Source: Eledone cirrhosa (Eukaryota). Taken from it: DNA of 64,000 nt. A program made the position numbers and the translations under genes. The DNA lies in assembly GCA_964016885.1 (NCBI GenBank), contig OZ024741.1, forward strand, positions 358,608,001 to 358,672,000, written 5' to 3'. The notes under the pieces were generated by a model. That model was not told the origin of the DNA. It ran no database searches and saw only the letters and a list, made by a program, of their open reading frames with translations. Below, piece by piece: positions 28,238 through 38,514 of this stretch (position 1 is the stretch's first letter; every line of letters starts with the position of its first letter).

Positions 28238-28297
28238 TTTTTGTGCTCTGAGTTCAAAATCCCACTAAGGGCAACTTTACCTTTCATTCTTTTGGGA

Positions 28298-29258
28298 TCA
28301 TCATCATCATCATCATCATCAACGTTTAACGTCCGTGTTCCGCGCTTGCATGGGTTTGGATGGGGGTAGTCCCACTTGAGGCAAGAGTGATTGTCTTGCT
28401 CGCATAGGACTGTCTGGCAGGTTTTCTACAGTTGGATGCCCTTCCTAACACCAACCACATTTACAGTGTGGGTCTGGGAGGTTTTTACCGTGTTGCCTAC
28501 ACGGCCACATTACAGCGTGGACTGTGTGTTTTTTTGTCGTGACACCTACACGATCTCATTTGTTTCGGCCTGGATGGTGTGGCACCAACATAACTTTACA
28601 TAGAACGGGGTGGTGTGGATGGGGTGGGGGTGGTGGGACGGGGGGGGGTATTTTGTTAGAGATGCCTACTGGCTGTAGTAGGTTTTACTATGTATTTAGG
28701 TAAGGCGGGTCTTCTCTGTTACTGAGTACCGCCAAAGGTCTCGGTCCAGTGACATTGTCTTGGAGAGGTGTAAGTGTGTGAGGTCGGAATTTATCAGCTC
28801 GTCCCAGGTTTTTCTAGGTCTGCCTATTCCATGGCTACCGTCTATCTTTATTGCCCTGCACTTTGTTATACAGCTATCGACTTTCATGCACATCACGTGT
28901 CCATACCAACGTAGCCTTCTCTCGAGTAAAGAACATCTGATCCCTCTTATTTCTAATTTTCTCCTTAGTTCGTTTATGCTTAGCCGTTCACGTATATTAC
29001 TGTTACACATCCAGCGGAGCATGCAAGCTTCGTTCCTCTCTAGTCTGCGTATATCCTCTGCACACAATGCCCAGGTCTCACTGCCATGCAACATTGCTGT
29101 TCGTATGCAGGCATCGTACAACCTGCCTTTCATTTTTAGGGAGAACCCTTTAGCAGCTAATAGTGGTATAAGCTCTCTGAACTTTTTCCAACCAGTTCTG
29201 ACTCTAGCTACTGTACTTTCAGAGCACCCTCCCCCACTGCTGATTTTATCACCCAGGT
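28298..29258 (-). mobile_element. 5'-truncated RTE-clade LINE (RT C-terminal region, 3' UTR, (TGA)n tail)
   Basis: ORF 28696-29133: KGRLYDACIRTAMLHGSETW...RRLRWYGHV...GRPRKTW. (CAT)n on + at 28298-28320. Confidence 0.9.
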
Positions 29259-29322
29259 AAATAAATAAAATACTAGTCCAGGATTAGCAGACTTATTAAA
29301 ACATTGGTCATGATGTATTGTG

Positions 29323-29730
29323 GTATCTCTTTCAGCCTTTTGTATTCTGGGTTTGCCTGCAACATTATTTGTACCAAGCTGTATAGAACCTACCCTTTTT
29401 CTAGGACAGTATCGGTGACATGGAGAAGGGAAACTTTCATACATACATGGGCGACTGCTGGACTTCAAAAAAAAAAAAATTACCGTCATGTACCTTTTTT
29501 TTTTGAAGACCAGCACAGTCGCCCATGTATGTATGAAAGTTTTCCCTCGCCATGTCACTGATACTGTCCTAGAAAAAAGATAGGTTCTAGCAAGCTTGGC
29601 ACAAATAATGTTGCAAGCAAACCAAGAATGCAAAAGCCTAAAACAGATACAGTGGAAACTTTCATACATGGGGGACTGCTGGTCTTCAAAAAAGAAAAAA
29701 AAAAAAAAAATTGCCCTGTCATGTACCTTT
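29323..29730. repeat. Long inverted repeat (arms ~155 bp, 29323-29479 and 29496-29650) plus a third, direct copy of the inner segment
   Basis: GCAACATTATTTGTACCAAGC pairs with GCTTGGCACAAATAATGTTGC; CTAGGACAGTATC pairs with GATACTGTCCTAG; loop TTACCGTCATGTACC. Confidence 0.9.
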
Positions 29731-29940
29731 CAAAAAAAATTTCCAGGTGCAAAACTATGGTTAACCATGACTGAAGAGGATCTTAAATGAAATACCATAG
29801 ATAAGCTCTATAAAAACTGACTGGAGAGAATCTATCATAATCATTTCTAAATTTAGTACAAGGGTAAATGTTTTAAGGAAAATGGAAGGAGTATAGTTGA
29901 TTAAATTGACACAAGCACATTACAGGTGTGTGTATATATT

Positions 29941-31705
29941 ATCATCATCACTACTGTTTAATGTCTATTTTCCTTGCTTGCATGGGTTAGATGAGGTGTC
30001 ACATTGTGAGACAAATCAGGTCAGATGACCATATCTTGCCCATACAGAACAGTTTCTGGCTTGATTTCTATGGCTAGATGTCCTTCCTAATGCCAATCAC
30101 ATTACAGTGTGGACTGGGTAATTTTTGTCATTGCACCAAAACAAGCATCTAACAGGGTGGACTGGGTGTTTTCTCATCATGGTACCAACATGACCACCTA
30201 TAGGGTAGACTAGGTCCTTTTTGTTATGCCATCAGCACAACCATCTTACAGGGTGGACTAGGTGCTTTTTGTCATGTCACTAGCAATACCACCTTACAGG
30301 GTGGAGTAAATGCTTTTTGCTTTTCATTATCACAGCAACAGCATTGTGGTAGAGCAGGTATGGAGTGTGTCCAGCTTTCCATGCTTGTACACATAGATTT
30401 GATAGGAGAGGTATACCAGGGTATGTGGAAGGTGGGGCTGCAGGAGGAGCATGTATGCAGGATGGAAATGCGGGAGGTGAGTGGGGGAGGTTTAATTTGG
30501 GATACTTAGCTGGTGAGAAGAGGTGCATGAATATTAAGATGTAGGAAGGAGTATGGGCAGGTGGGAGGAGATTGGTGCAGTCCAGTGTCCTCTACATATT
30601 TGCTTCATCCTGTGCACATGGCAAAGTAAGTTTTCTGCCATACAGCATATCACCAGATATCTCAATCCCGTGTCATCACTTTTGAGAGGTTTACTTATAC
30701 AAAGTCAGCTTTTATCACTTCATCTGAAGCTTTCCTAGCTCTTTCTCTTCCAAAGTTTCCTTCAGTTTTGAGTGTCCTGCGCGTTTTTATACAGCTGTCA
30801 TCCTGCATACACATCACATGTTCACACCACCACAATCTCCTCTTTAGCACACTGCATCTGACCCCTCTTAGACCCAGTTTCTCTCTCAGTTCATTAATGC
30901 TTCAACATTCATGCACACTACTATTACATATCCATCAAAACATGCAAGCTTCATTTCTTTCCAATCTTCATAGGTTCTCTGCACACAATGCCCGGGTCTC
31001 ACTTCCATGCAGCATTGCTGTTTTTACACAAGCATCATACAATCTGTCTTTCATTTTGAAGGAAAAACGTTTTGTAGCTAGCAGTGATATTAGCTCCCTG
31101 AACGTTTTCCATCCCATTTTCACTTAACTTTTAAAACACCTACCACCACTGCAAATTTGATCTCCACGGTAACAGAAGCAGTCAACTACTTCTACGGAGC
31201 CCTCTGAACATTTGATAAAGCTTATTTCCTGTGAGCTCTTGTAGCTTACTGCTCCAGTGCATTGACCACATATAAATCCTTTATTCTGTGTTAGCCTGTC
31301 TGAGATTTTGTTACATCTCTTGTTTACCTGTAGTTTGCATAAAGTGGAATTTCTACCCACTCCTTCCCTGCACACTAAGCAAGGCCATTTCACAGAAGAG
31401 ATCAGGGCCTTGTTTTCCTTTCTACTTACTAGAACTTTAGTCTTTGCTAAGCTGACTTTAAGATCTTTTGATTCCAAGTTATGTTTCCAAGTCTGGAATT
31501 TCTTCTCTAATTTTGCCATAAATTCAGCTATGAGGGCTAGATCACTCACTGTCATTAGGAGTTCCCATGGGCTTCCAGTTCTAAACTCTTCCATTATAAC
31601 CTGGAGGATGATAATAAACAGGAGAGGGATAATTACAGAGCCCTGGTGGAACTCCATTTGTACACTAAACTCATCATTATAATCATTGCTAATTCTAACC
31701 TTGGT
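29941..31705 (-). mobile_element. Degenerate RTE-clade LINE fragment (RT core to 3' tail), with ~50-bp tandem amplification in the 3' UTR (~30100-30320)
   Basis: HQGSVIIPLLFIIILQ...FRTGSPWELL, a Cys-rich insertion (CLVCREGVG...CGQC) and VDCFCYRGD; (CAT)n at 29941. Confidence 0.85.
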
Positions 31706-31709
31706 CAAA

Positions 31710-31990
31710 TTGTTAAGGAGTTCACTTCACAATCATCAAGTCTTGGGTTTGATCACATCATAAGGTATCTTGGGCAAGTTTCATTTATAATTACATGGGC
31801 TGACTCAAGGCAATTGTAATTGGGTAACTGGAAACTGTTTAAAAGGCCAGCCTTGTCACACATTGTCATGCTGAATCACCCTGAGAATTTCGTTAAGGGT
31901 GTTTGTAGAGTGCTCAACCACTTGCACATTAATTTCATGAGTAGGCTGTTCTATTGATTAATCAATTGGAAATGTCAACATCAAAATTGA
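31710..31990 (+). mobile_element. Degenerate tRNA-derived SINE
   Basis: B-box-like GGGTTTGATC followed by CTTGGGCAAG; body resembles the reverse complement of 55830-56160. Confidence 0.5.
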
Positions 31991-32035
31991 CAGAGTTCTA
32001 TTCCATGATTTGTTTTTACAAAAAACACCTCCTCC

Positions 32036-32690
32036 AGGGGTCGAAACTGCCAACGTCCATCTCAACGGCCAATGAACATGGAGTTCTGTGTCCTTTGTTT
32101 GTATATTTATTTTTTTAAGATAATTTTTTAAGGTTTCCCCTTAAAAAATTGTTTTTCATTTTGTTTTGTTTCCATTCGTCATCTTGTTCTTTCTTTGTTA
32201 ATTTTCTGAAGTATATTTACTAATGTGACATACATGTTTATCTCTTCTCCCCCATTTACTGCAATGGCTTACATTTTTTAACACGATATCTTACTTTCAT
32301 TTTCTTGCTTTTCTTTCTTCCTTTTTTTTGTTTGTTTCATTCATGTATTTTGTTCTATAAGAGGCACCACACATTTTCCCTGATGTCACACACAATTCTG
32401 TGTGCTTTGTGGCATAATTGCTATAAATTAATGTTTTGTCTCTTGTCTCTTGCTCCACTGGACAATGTTTAGCTTATGTCAGATGCTATGACCCCAGATA
32501 CACCAGCAGTACCGTTGGTAGGAGGTCAAAATTGCCAAAGTCCAGCTCAACAACCAATGGCGATGGCGTTCTGTGTCCTTTATTTGTATTTTTATTTTAA
32601 AAATAATCTTTTAAGGTTTCCCCTTAAAAAATTGTTTTTCATTTTCTTTTGTTTCCGTTTGTTGTCTTGTCCTCTCTTTGTTAATTTTCT
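32036..32690 (+). repeat. Two ~170-bp direct repeats (32036-32208 and 32521-32690)
   Basis: Shared GGTC(G/A)AAA(C/T)TGCCAA...TTCTGTGTCCTTT...TTAAGGTTTCCCCTTAAAAAATTGTTTTTCATTTT...GTTAATTTTCT. Confidence 0.85.
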
Positions 32691-32737
32691 TATACATATA
32701 TATATTTATCATCATCATCATATATATATATATATAT

Positions 32738-33082
32738 CATTTCATCATCATCATTTCATTTTACGTCCGCTTTTTCCCTGCTTGCAAGGGTAGGACGGAA
32801 ACTGATTCTGGCTTGATTTCTACAGCTGGATGCCCTTCCTAACACCAACCTCATTTACAGTGAGTGGTGGGTGCTTTTTGCCGTGGCACCTCCACGACCA
32901 CTTTGCAGTGGAATGATAGGGACCCCAGTCCCTATCATCTCATTTCTACAGGTGAGTAAACTGGAGCAATGTGAAATAAAGTGTCTTGCTCAAGGAAACA
33001 ACACATCACCCGGTCTGAGAATTGAACTCACAACCTTTCGATTGCAAGGCCAATGCTTTAACCACTAAGCCATGTGCCTCCA
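32738..33082 (-). mobile_element. Full-length tRNA-derived SINE with RTE-derived 3' end
   Basis: Minus strand: A box TGGCTTAGTGG, B box GAGTTCAATTC, core CCTTGAGCAAGACACTTTATTTCAC, then GGAAGGGCATCCAGCTGTAGAAA (shared with the RTE 3' UTR at 48830-48870) and an (ATG)n-like tail. Confidence 0.85.
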
Positions 33083-33083
33083 A

Positions 33084-33090
33084 ATATATG

Positions 33091-33138
<48 letters not shown>

Positions 33139-33205
33139 TCTATGTATGTATCTATGTATGTATGTATGTATGTATGTATGTATGTATGTATGTATGTATG
33201 TATGT
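33084..33205. repeat. (TA)n/(TATG)n microsatellite
   Basis: Read directly from the sequence. Confidence 0.95.
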
Positions 33206-33390
33206 GGGTTGCCAGTTTAGTCGCCAATGACCCGACCATGAAGAATTCTAGGCAGAATTCTAGACCAGGCAGAATTCTAGGAGAAGGAAAACTCTGATAT
33301 AACAGGTAGGGGTTCTCCTACATGGATATAAAGTAGTGGCCGTACTCGAAAACGAGTTGGCAGCTACCATGTATGTATGTATGTATGTAT
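33205..33390 (+). mobile_element. Internally deleted non-autonomous retroelement (same family as 33421-34010 and 44491-45065)
   Basis: CTAGGAGAAGGAAAACTCTGATATAAC joined directly to the 3' end GCCGTACTCGAAAACGAGTTGGCAGCTACCAT(GTAT)n. Confidence 0.7.
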
Positions 33391-33420
33391 GTATATATAT
33401 ATATATATTATATTATGTCA

Positions 33421-34005
33421 GGTCACCAGTTGGTGCTACTGGTAACATGTATCCCAGTACAACCTGTGTCATGGTCGGGTCGTTGGCAACTAAACTGGCA
33501 ACCCCACCAAGGGTGACTTTGGACATCCTGCAGGACTAAAAACAAAACCTATCAAAGGGCAAAGAGCTCTTAAGAGTCAATGGCCATCCAAAATCACCGG
33601 GAGAGATGACCCCTTAGCCTTTGTCAAGGAAGAATTCTAGGAGAAGGAAAACTCTGATATAACACCTGCAACCCTGATGGTATCCAATGATGTTGACTTG
33701 TTCTTCTTTTTGGTAAATATCATCTTGGTTAAGAGAGTGGGACTGGCTTTGTGCAGTGCCTTTGCTCACTATAAAAGCTTCACGGCACAGGCATTGCTTT
33801 ATATCTAGAGATCTCTCTGCACTTGTTGTCACATGGTACCATGGGCCTAGCACTATGTGTCAATAATTGTCACAGGTGTAGTGTTTGTACCAGAGTTTTC
33901 AAGTCGCTGGCTGGACTAAAAAGTCACACTTGTTCAGCACATCGGTAGGGGTTCTCCTACATGAATATAAAATAGTGGCCGTACTCGAAAACGAGTTCGC
34001 AGCCA

Positions 34006-34010
<5 letters not shown>
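33421..34010 (+). mobile_element. Non-autonomous RTE-related retroelement with an inverted 5' segment
   Basis: Collinear with 44491-45065 except 33433-33505, which is reversed. 3' end TACTCGAAAACGAG..GCAGCCACCAT matches the LINE end at 46416-46445. Confidence 0.7.
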
Positions 34011-34048
<38 letters not shown>

Positions 34049-34053
<5 letters not shown>

Positions 34054-34300
34054 TAAAAGAGTTGAAGTCTGTATTGCAGCATACATACAAACGTTATTTA
34101 CATATTACAATTGATTTGATATTGAGCAGCTCAGGGTACAATCAAGGAGACGGAGCCTGACTCTTTTTCGACATCTCATCAGATATGCAAGCTTATATGT
34201 GCAAAGGCACATCTAAACTCTCGATTGATATCAAAACAATTGTAATATGCAAATAAAGTTTGTATATATGCTTCAACACTGACTTCAACTCTTTTAATTC
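34049..34300. repeat. Inverted repeat (~75-bp arms, ~100-bp spacer)
   Basis: AATTAAAAGAGTTGAAGTC...CATATTACAATTG.TTTGATAT at 34049-34122; reverse complement at 34226-34300. Confidence 0.85.
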
Positions 34301-35009
34301 TCTTTACACTCTGCACACTACAGCTGTAACACTGGAATACAACCCAAATGAAACAGACCTCATAACAGTGTTTGAGTGTTTTGAACAGTGTGCCGCCCGT
34401 AACTGTTATTACACACCTAACTAACATGTGTGTGTGTGTGTGTGTGTGTAATATACTTTGCTAAGGAGTTTATCTAATATGATTTGAAATATGTCTGTGG
34501 CTTTCATTAAGCTGGCTTATACACACTTTAAAATAAATAGCTTTTTATCACAGAACTAAGGGCAGTTTCAGGCAGTTTAATATCAAAAGAGTTGTCTCCA
34601 TCTATTGTCCCCCCACCTTTCTGATGACTTATCATCTGTATATCACTCACCCACTCTCCTATTCACTGCACAGTGCAGCTTATGCAAAGGAAAATGAGAT
34701 TGGCTCTGACTGTATTCAATCCCCACTACAATCAACTATATCACTTGACTTCACTTTCATATCTGGAGAGGTATGTCTGAGGGATTGCAATGGGGCTATT
34801 TGCATCACCCTTTCTGCCAGGCATCACTGCTTCTTCCCCATGCCATTTTTTATTGGCATTCATCATTCTCTTACCATCAACCATTACTATTCATCACCCA
34901 CTCTCATTACTCTCCTTCTTACATTACTCCCTTCTATTAGCTCCCCATTTCCACACTCTTGTCCCTGGTACTTTGTTTCTTCCATCTTATTCTCGCTCCA
35001 TTCACCCAG

Positions 35010-35071
35010 TCACCTTGATTTTTCTCTTGTCATTGATCTTCCTTCTACTTACTTTGAAAGGACAAAGAGTA
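35010..35071 (+). CDS. Candidate signal-peptide exon of the CAP gene (xTLIFLLSLIFLLLTLKGQRV)
   Basis: Pyrimidine tract plus CCCAG acceptor; GTA|GTAAGT donor in phase 0, matching the next exon; hydrophobic run. Could arise by chance in pyrimidine-rich DNA, and no start exon was identified. Confidence 0.35.
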
Positions 35072-35869
35072 GTAAGTACGTTTTAGTCTTGCAAGATACA
35101 AAGCAACCTCGATAGTGCTAAAATGCACATGATAAACTCTTGAAAGAGGTTAGCAAGGGGTTAAAGAGAATAATTTAGTCATTGTGAGGGTATAACTATA
35201 ATGGGATGTTTGCATGTGTGCAGCAATACAAGGTAACTTGCCTTATAGAAGTGGCTGGCTGTTATTTCTTGTGGCCCTACCCACAGGCAGGCCAGAGAGA
35301 TATTGCTCGCCATATTGGTATTGATTCAACTTTGTTGATGTGTTGAAATTTCACTGGCTTGGTCGAGAGTGATACCATGTTATAGAGAGTGAGTGAAAGA
35401 GAGAGTAAGAGTAAGACCCAAAGGTCTGTGTAAAGCAATAATTTATATATAGCTGAAGAATCGCTCCAAACTGCCTGGCCTGTTCAAGGGCAGGCTATAT
35501 ACAGATGTCACTTCCTTTGTTTCCCAGAAGTGAGAAGAAAGGAGATGACCTTTTGACATCTCCCAATCTCAGACCTGTTGACGCCCGCAAGGAGATAATC
35601 TAGAAAATGGCCGTTAAAATCACTTGAGGGTCAATGTATGGATAGATTTTGCTACAGCACAATAAAATACATCCAGTAAGAAGAAGAAAAGTAAATTTGA
35701 AGATTCAAGAGTCTTCGCATAATGTTGTAATTAAGGAATTATAAAATTTTAAAAGATTAAAAAGAGAGAAATTGTGCAGTTGGAAGACCAAAAGATTATC
35801 AGTTTCAAGAGGTAATAATTGGTTTATAAACATTACCATTTACTAAATTATCTAACTTATTTCTTGCAG

Positions 35870-35948
35870 AACTATTATCCACAGATGTTCCTAGGAACCC
35901 AAAACAACATGGTGTGTTTAAGTCAATCTGACAAAGTCATTTCATTTG
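35870..35948 (+). CDS. CAP/CRISP-family gene exon (NYYPQMFLGTQNNMVCLSQSDKVISF-G)
   Basis: TTCTTGCAG| acceptor and TTG|GTAAGT donor; 79 nt ending in phase 1, fitting the next exon. The xxMVCL spacing resembles the pre-CAP HTMCL segment of molluscan CAPs such as Conus Tex31 (from memory). Confidence 0.7.
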
Positions 35949-35994
35949 GTAAGTATCAATTACTAAAATCCAACTTCTACATTCTAGTCATTTG

Positions 35995-36200
35995 ACTGAC
36001 TAACTCTCTCAAAGCATACCAGCTTAATTTCTTTCCAATCTTCATAGGTCTTCTGCATACAGTGCCCAGGTTTCCCTTCCATGCAGTATTGCTGTTCGTA
36101 CACAAGCATAATGCAATCTGTCTTTCATTTTGGGAGGAAAACTTTTTGTAGTTAGCAGCAGTAGTCTCTCCCTGAACTTTCTTCCATTTTGGTCTCACTC
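35995..36200 (-). mobile_element. RTE LINE fragment
   Basis: Homologous to the WKKFRELLPLL...MLHGSETW region of the other copies. Confidence 0.7.
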
Positions 36201-36489
36201 CATTTCACTGCTAATTTTGCCACTATATATTATCATCATCATCATCCTATATATAAGATTAAACCCTGTGGCTGACATTTGTGAATCTGGAGAGGAACTT
36301 TGACAGAATTCCCCACTCTACGATCTGGTGGGTTCTAGGAAAGCTAGGTGTGGACAGGTGACTCAAGAAGGTTATGTGGGCCATGTGCAGAGGGGAAACC
36401 AGCAGGGTAAGAGTTGACCGTGGGCACAGTGATCAATTTGAAATCCTCAGTCTACTTCTGTTTTTTGTTTTTCATTAGACCATAACAGA

Positions 36490-37090
36490 TGAGTTTAGGA
36501 CTGGTATTACATGGGAGCTTCTGTGTATTAATGATAAGGTCTGTATAGTTGAATCCATAGATGGCTGGAGACAAAATTCCAAGCATGGAGTAGGAATCTG
36601 GAATTGAGGGGCCCAAAATTAAACTTAGCAAAAATTAAGGTAGGAAGGAAGCCAGGAATCTGATATTGTTAAGGAACTGACCTTATTTGATATATCAAAG
36701 AGGGGTGGGCAGATGTCCCATATGGGGTACACAGTGTAATCTATGGGCACACAAGAGATGTAGTGGGATTACAGGCAGAGATAGAGAATGTAGACTTTGT
36801 GTGTAGCTGATAAATGGGGAAAGTAAGCACTAGGAGCACAACTGAAATAGATCCTCTCAATTACCCAATAGGTTCCTTGGAGGTTGTTGACAGAGTTTTG
36901 TTGCCTGGGTCACTTAGTTGAAAATATGGTGATGGGAGGGGCTCAGAAAGTGTCATAGCTGGAGTGAGAAAAAGCTGGAGCAGGTTTAGGGAGCTAGTAC
37001 CTCTGCTGATAATGAGGGAAGAATGCTTCTTTCTTGAAATGAGGAGTAGACAGTGTAATGTTTGCATGCAAACAGTGATGGTAATGAGGT
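36490..37090 (+). mobile_element. Degenerate RTE LINE RT fragment
   Basis: TTTAGGACTGG..TACATGGGAGCTT (FRTGxxWEL) and AGGTTTAGGGAGCTAGTACCTCTGCTG (FRELVPLL). Confidence 0.65.
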
Positions 37091-37299
37091 AGAGGTACTG
37101 AGACAGTTGAAGGGAGGTGAGACAAGTATGCATTTCATTTGAGTCCCTGGCTGACAGCCTCTCTAATGCTGATGCCATGATGGGGTGCATCCAGTACATT
37201 AAGTAGTGTGGGTGATGTTAGGTGAGGTTTTCTGCAATAGAAACAATGCCAAAAAATGGTTGAGTGGAAACTTCAGTCACAACATGATAAACGCTTTAG

Positions 37300-37617
37300 T
37301 AATGGTGCTACAAAATAATGCACCCAATACACTCTGTAAGGTGGTTGGTGACAGAAAGGACATTCAGCTGTAGAATCCATGTCAAAAAGTGTTGAGAGGA
37401 CTCTTCCATTATGTCAAGGGTACAACAACCTCTCTTGTAATGGTGACATGATAAAACACACTCAGTGAACTCTGTAAGGTAGTTGGAGATAGAAACATAA
37501 TCAAATCATAGAAAACTTTCCAAAACAAAGTGTAGAGAGGACTTTCCAGTTATGTCAAAGACACGATGACCTCTCTTGAGTTGGTGCCACAAAAAATGCA
37601 CAGTGCACTCTGTAGAG
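37300..37617 (+). repeat. ~140-bp direct repeats of a SINE/RTE 3' segment; the third copy is interrupted by the hAT MITE
   Basis: Recurring ACTCTGTAAGGT.GTTGG and TTATGTCAA.G..AC..C.AC.ACCTCTCTTG-type motifs. Confidence 0.65.
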
Positions 37618-37861
37618 CAGGCATGTCAAACTCAGGGTCCCCTGAGGGCCACGTGGGTCACATATATGTTGTCTGAGAGCCACACATGACACCTAATTGC
37701 GCACATTACAACTAATATTTTTTTTTATATTATGCTCACGTTGTAAAAATCTTTGTGCGGGCCGCAGGTGTGCTTGTAAAGGGCCGCATACAGCCTGCGG
37801 GCCGCAGGTGTGCTTGTAAAGGGCCGCATGCATCCCGCGGGCTACATGTTTGCCATGCCTG
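37618..37861. mobile_element. hAT-superfamily MITE (244 bp)
   Basis: TIRs CAGGCATGTCAAAC / GTTTGCCATGCCTG; perfect 8-bp TSD CTGTAGAG (37610-37617 and 37862-37869); internal 33-bp repeat GCGGGCCGCAGGTGTGCTTGTAAAGGGCCGCAT x2. Confidence 0.92.
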
Positions 37862-38316
37862 CTGTAGAGTGCATGAGATCTGAGAGATCTATGTCTCTGA
37901 TTAAGTAATGACTCAGTCTGTGATGACCCATCCAACTTTATTAGCAGCGCATTGGTGATAATGATGTTACTGATGATGGTGGTGGTGATGAAAGTACTTG
38001 TTCACTGATGCATTTCCAAGTAAAAATGACAGTAGTAAAAATAATTCCTGTAGTTTTCTGCCATGAGGGAATATAAAAATTGTACTTATATTTGTTTACA
38101 ATTTTCAGTGAAGCTTATAAGTTAAAAAATCATAGGTATACCTTCATTAATATTTCAGAATATTTCATTAAACCTTAAATATACATTGGTATATTTTAAT
38201 ATATTGATATTTTATATTGTAGATACACAACGCACATATGTGGCTGGAGTTGTAAAAAGGGAGATAAACGAATCAGTTTTGGTAAAAAAAAATGTTCTGT
38301 TGATTTTTCTGTATGA

Positions 38317-38470
38317 GTGCATGGACATGTGGTTAAAATATTTAGTTTGCAATCATGTGGTTCAGGGTACAGTCCCATTGCACAGCACATTGAGGAACTG
38401 TCTTTTACTACTGACTTAAATGAACCAAATTCTTATGAGTGAGATTTGGTAAATGAAAACTGTGTAGATG
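38317..38470 (+). mobile_element. Degenerate tRNA-derived SINE
   Basis: GCATGGACATGTGGTTAA head, decayed B box, core-like TTGAGGAACTGTCTTTTACTA. Confidence 0.5.
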
Positions 38471-38514
38471 AAACAATGTTGTCCCTGATTGAAATGAAGC
38501 AAGAGTGTATTTGA

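Noticed and set aside
28760-29260. + strand ORFs of 119-166 aa (also 30768, 31308, 49136, 51956)
   Set aside because: They are antisense shadows of RTE reverse-transcriptase coding sequence.
35761-35811. Possible extra CAP exon ending GAG|GTAATA
   Set aside because: In-frame stop immediately upstream, no convincing acceptor, and the resulting intron would be only 58 nt.
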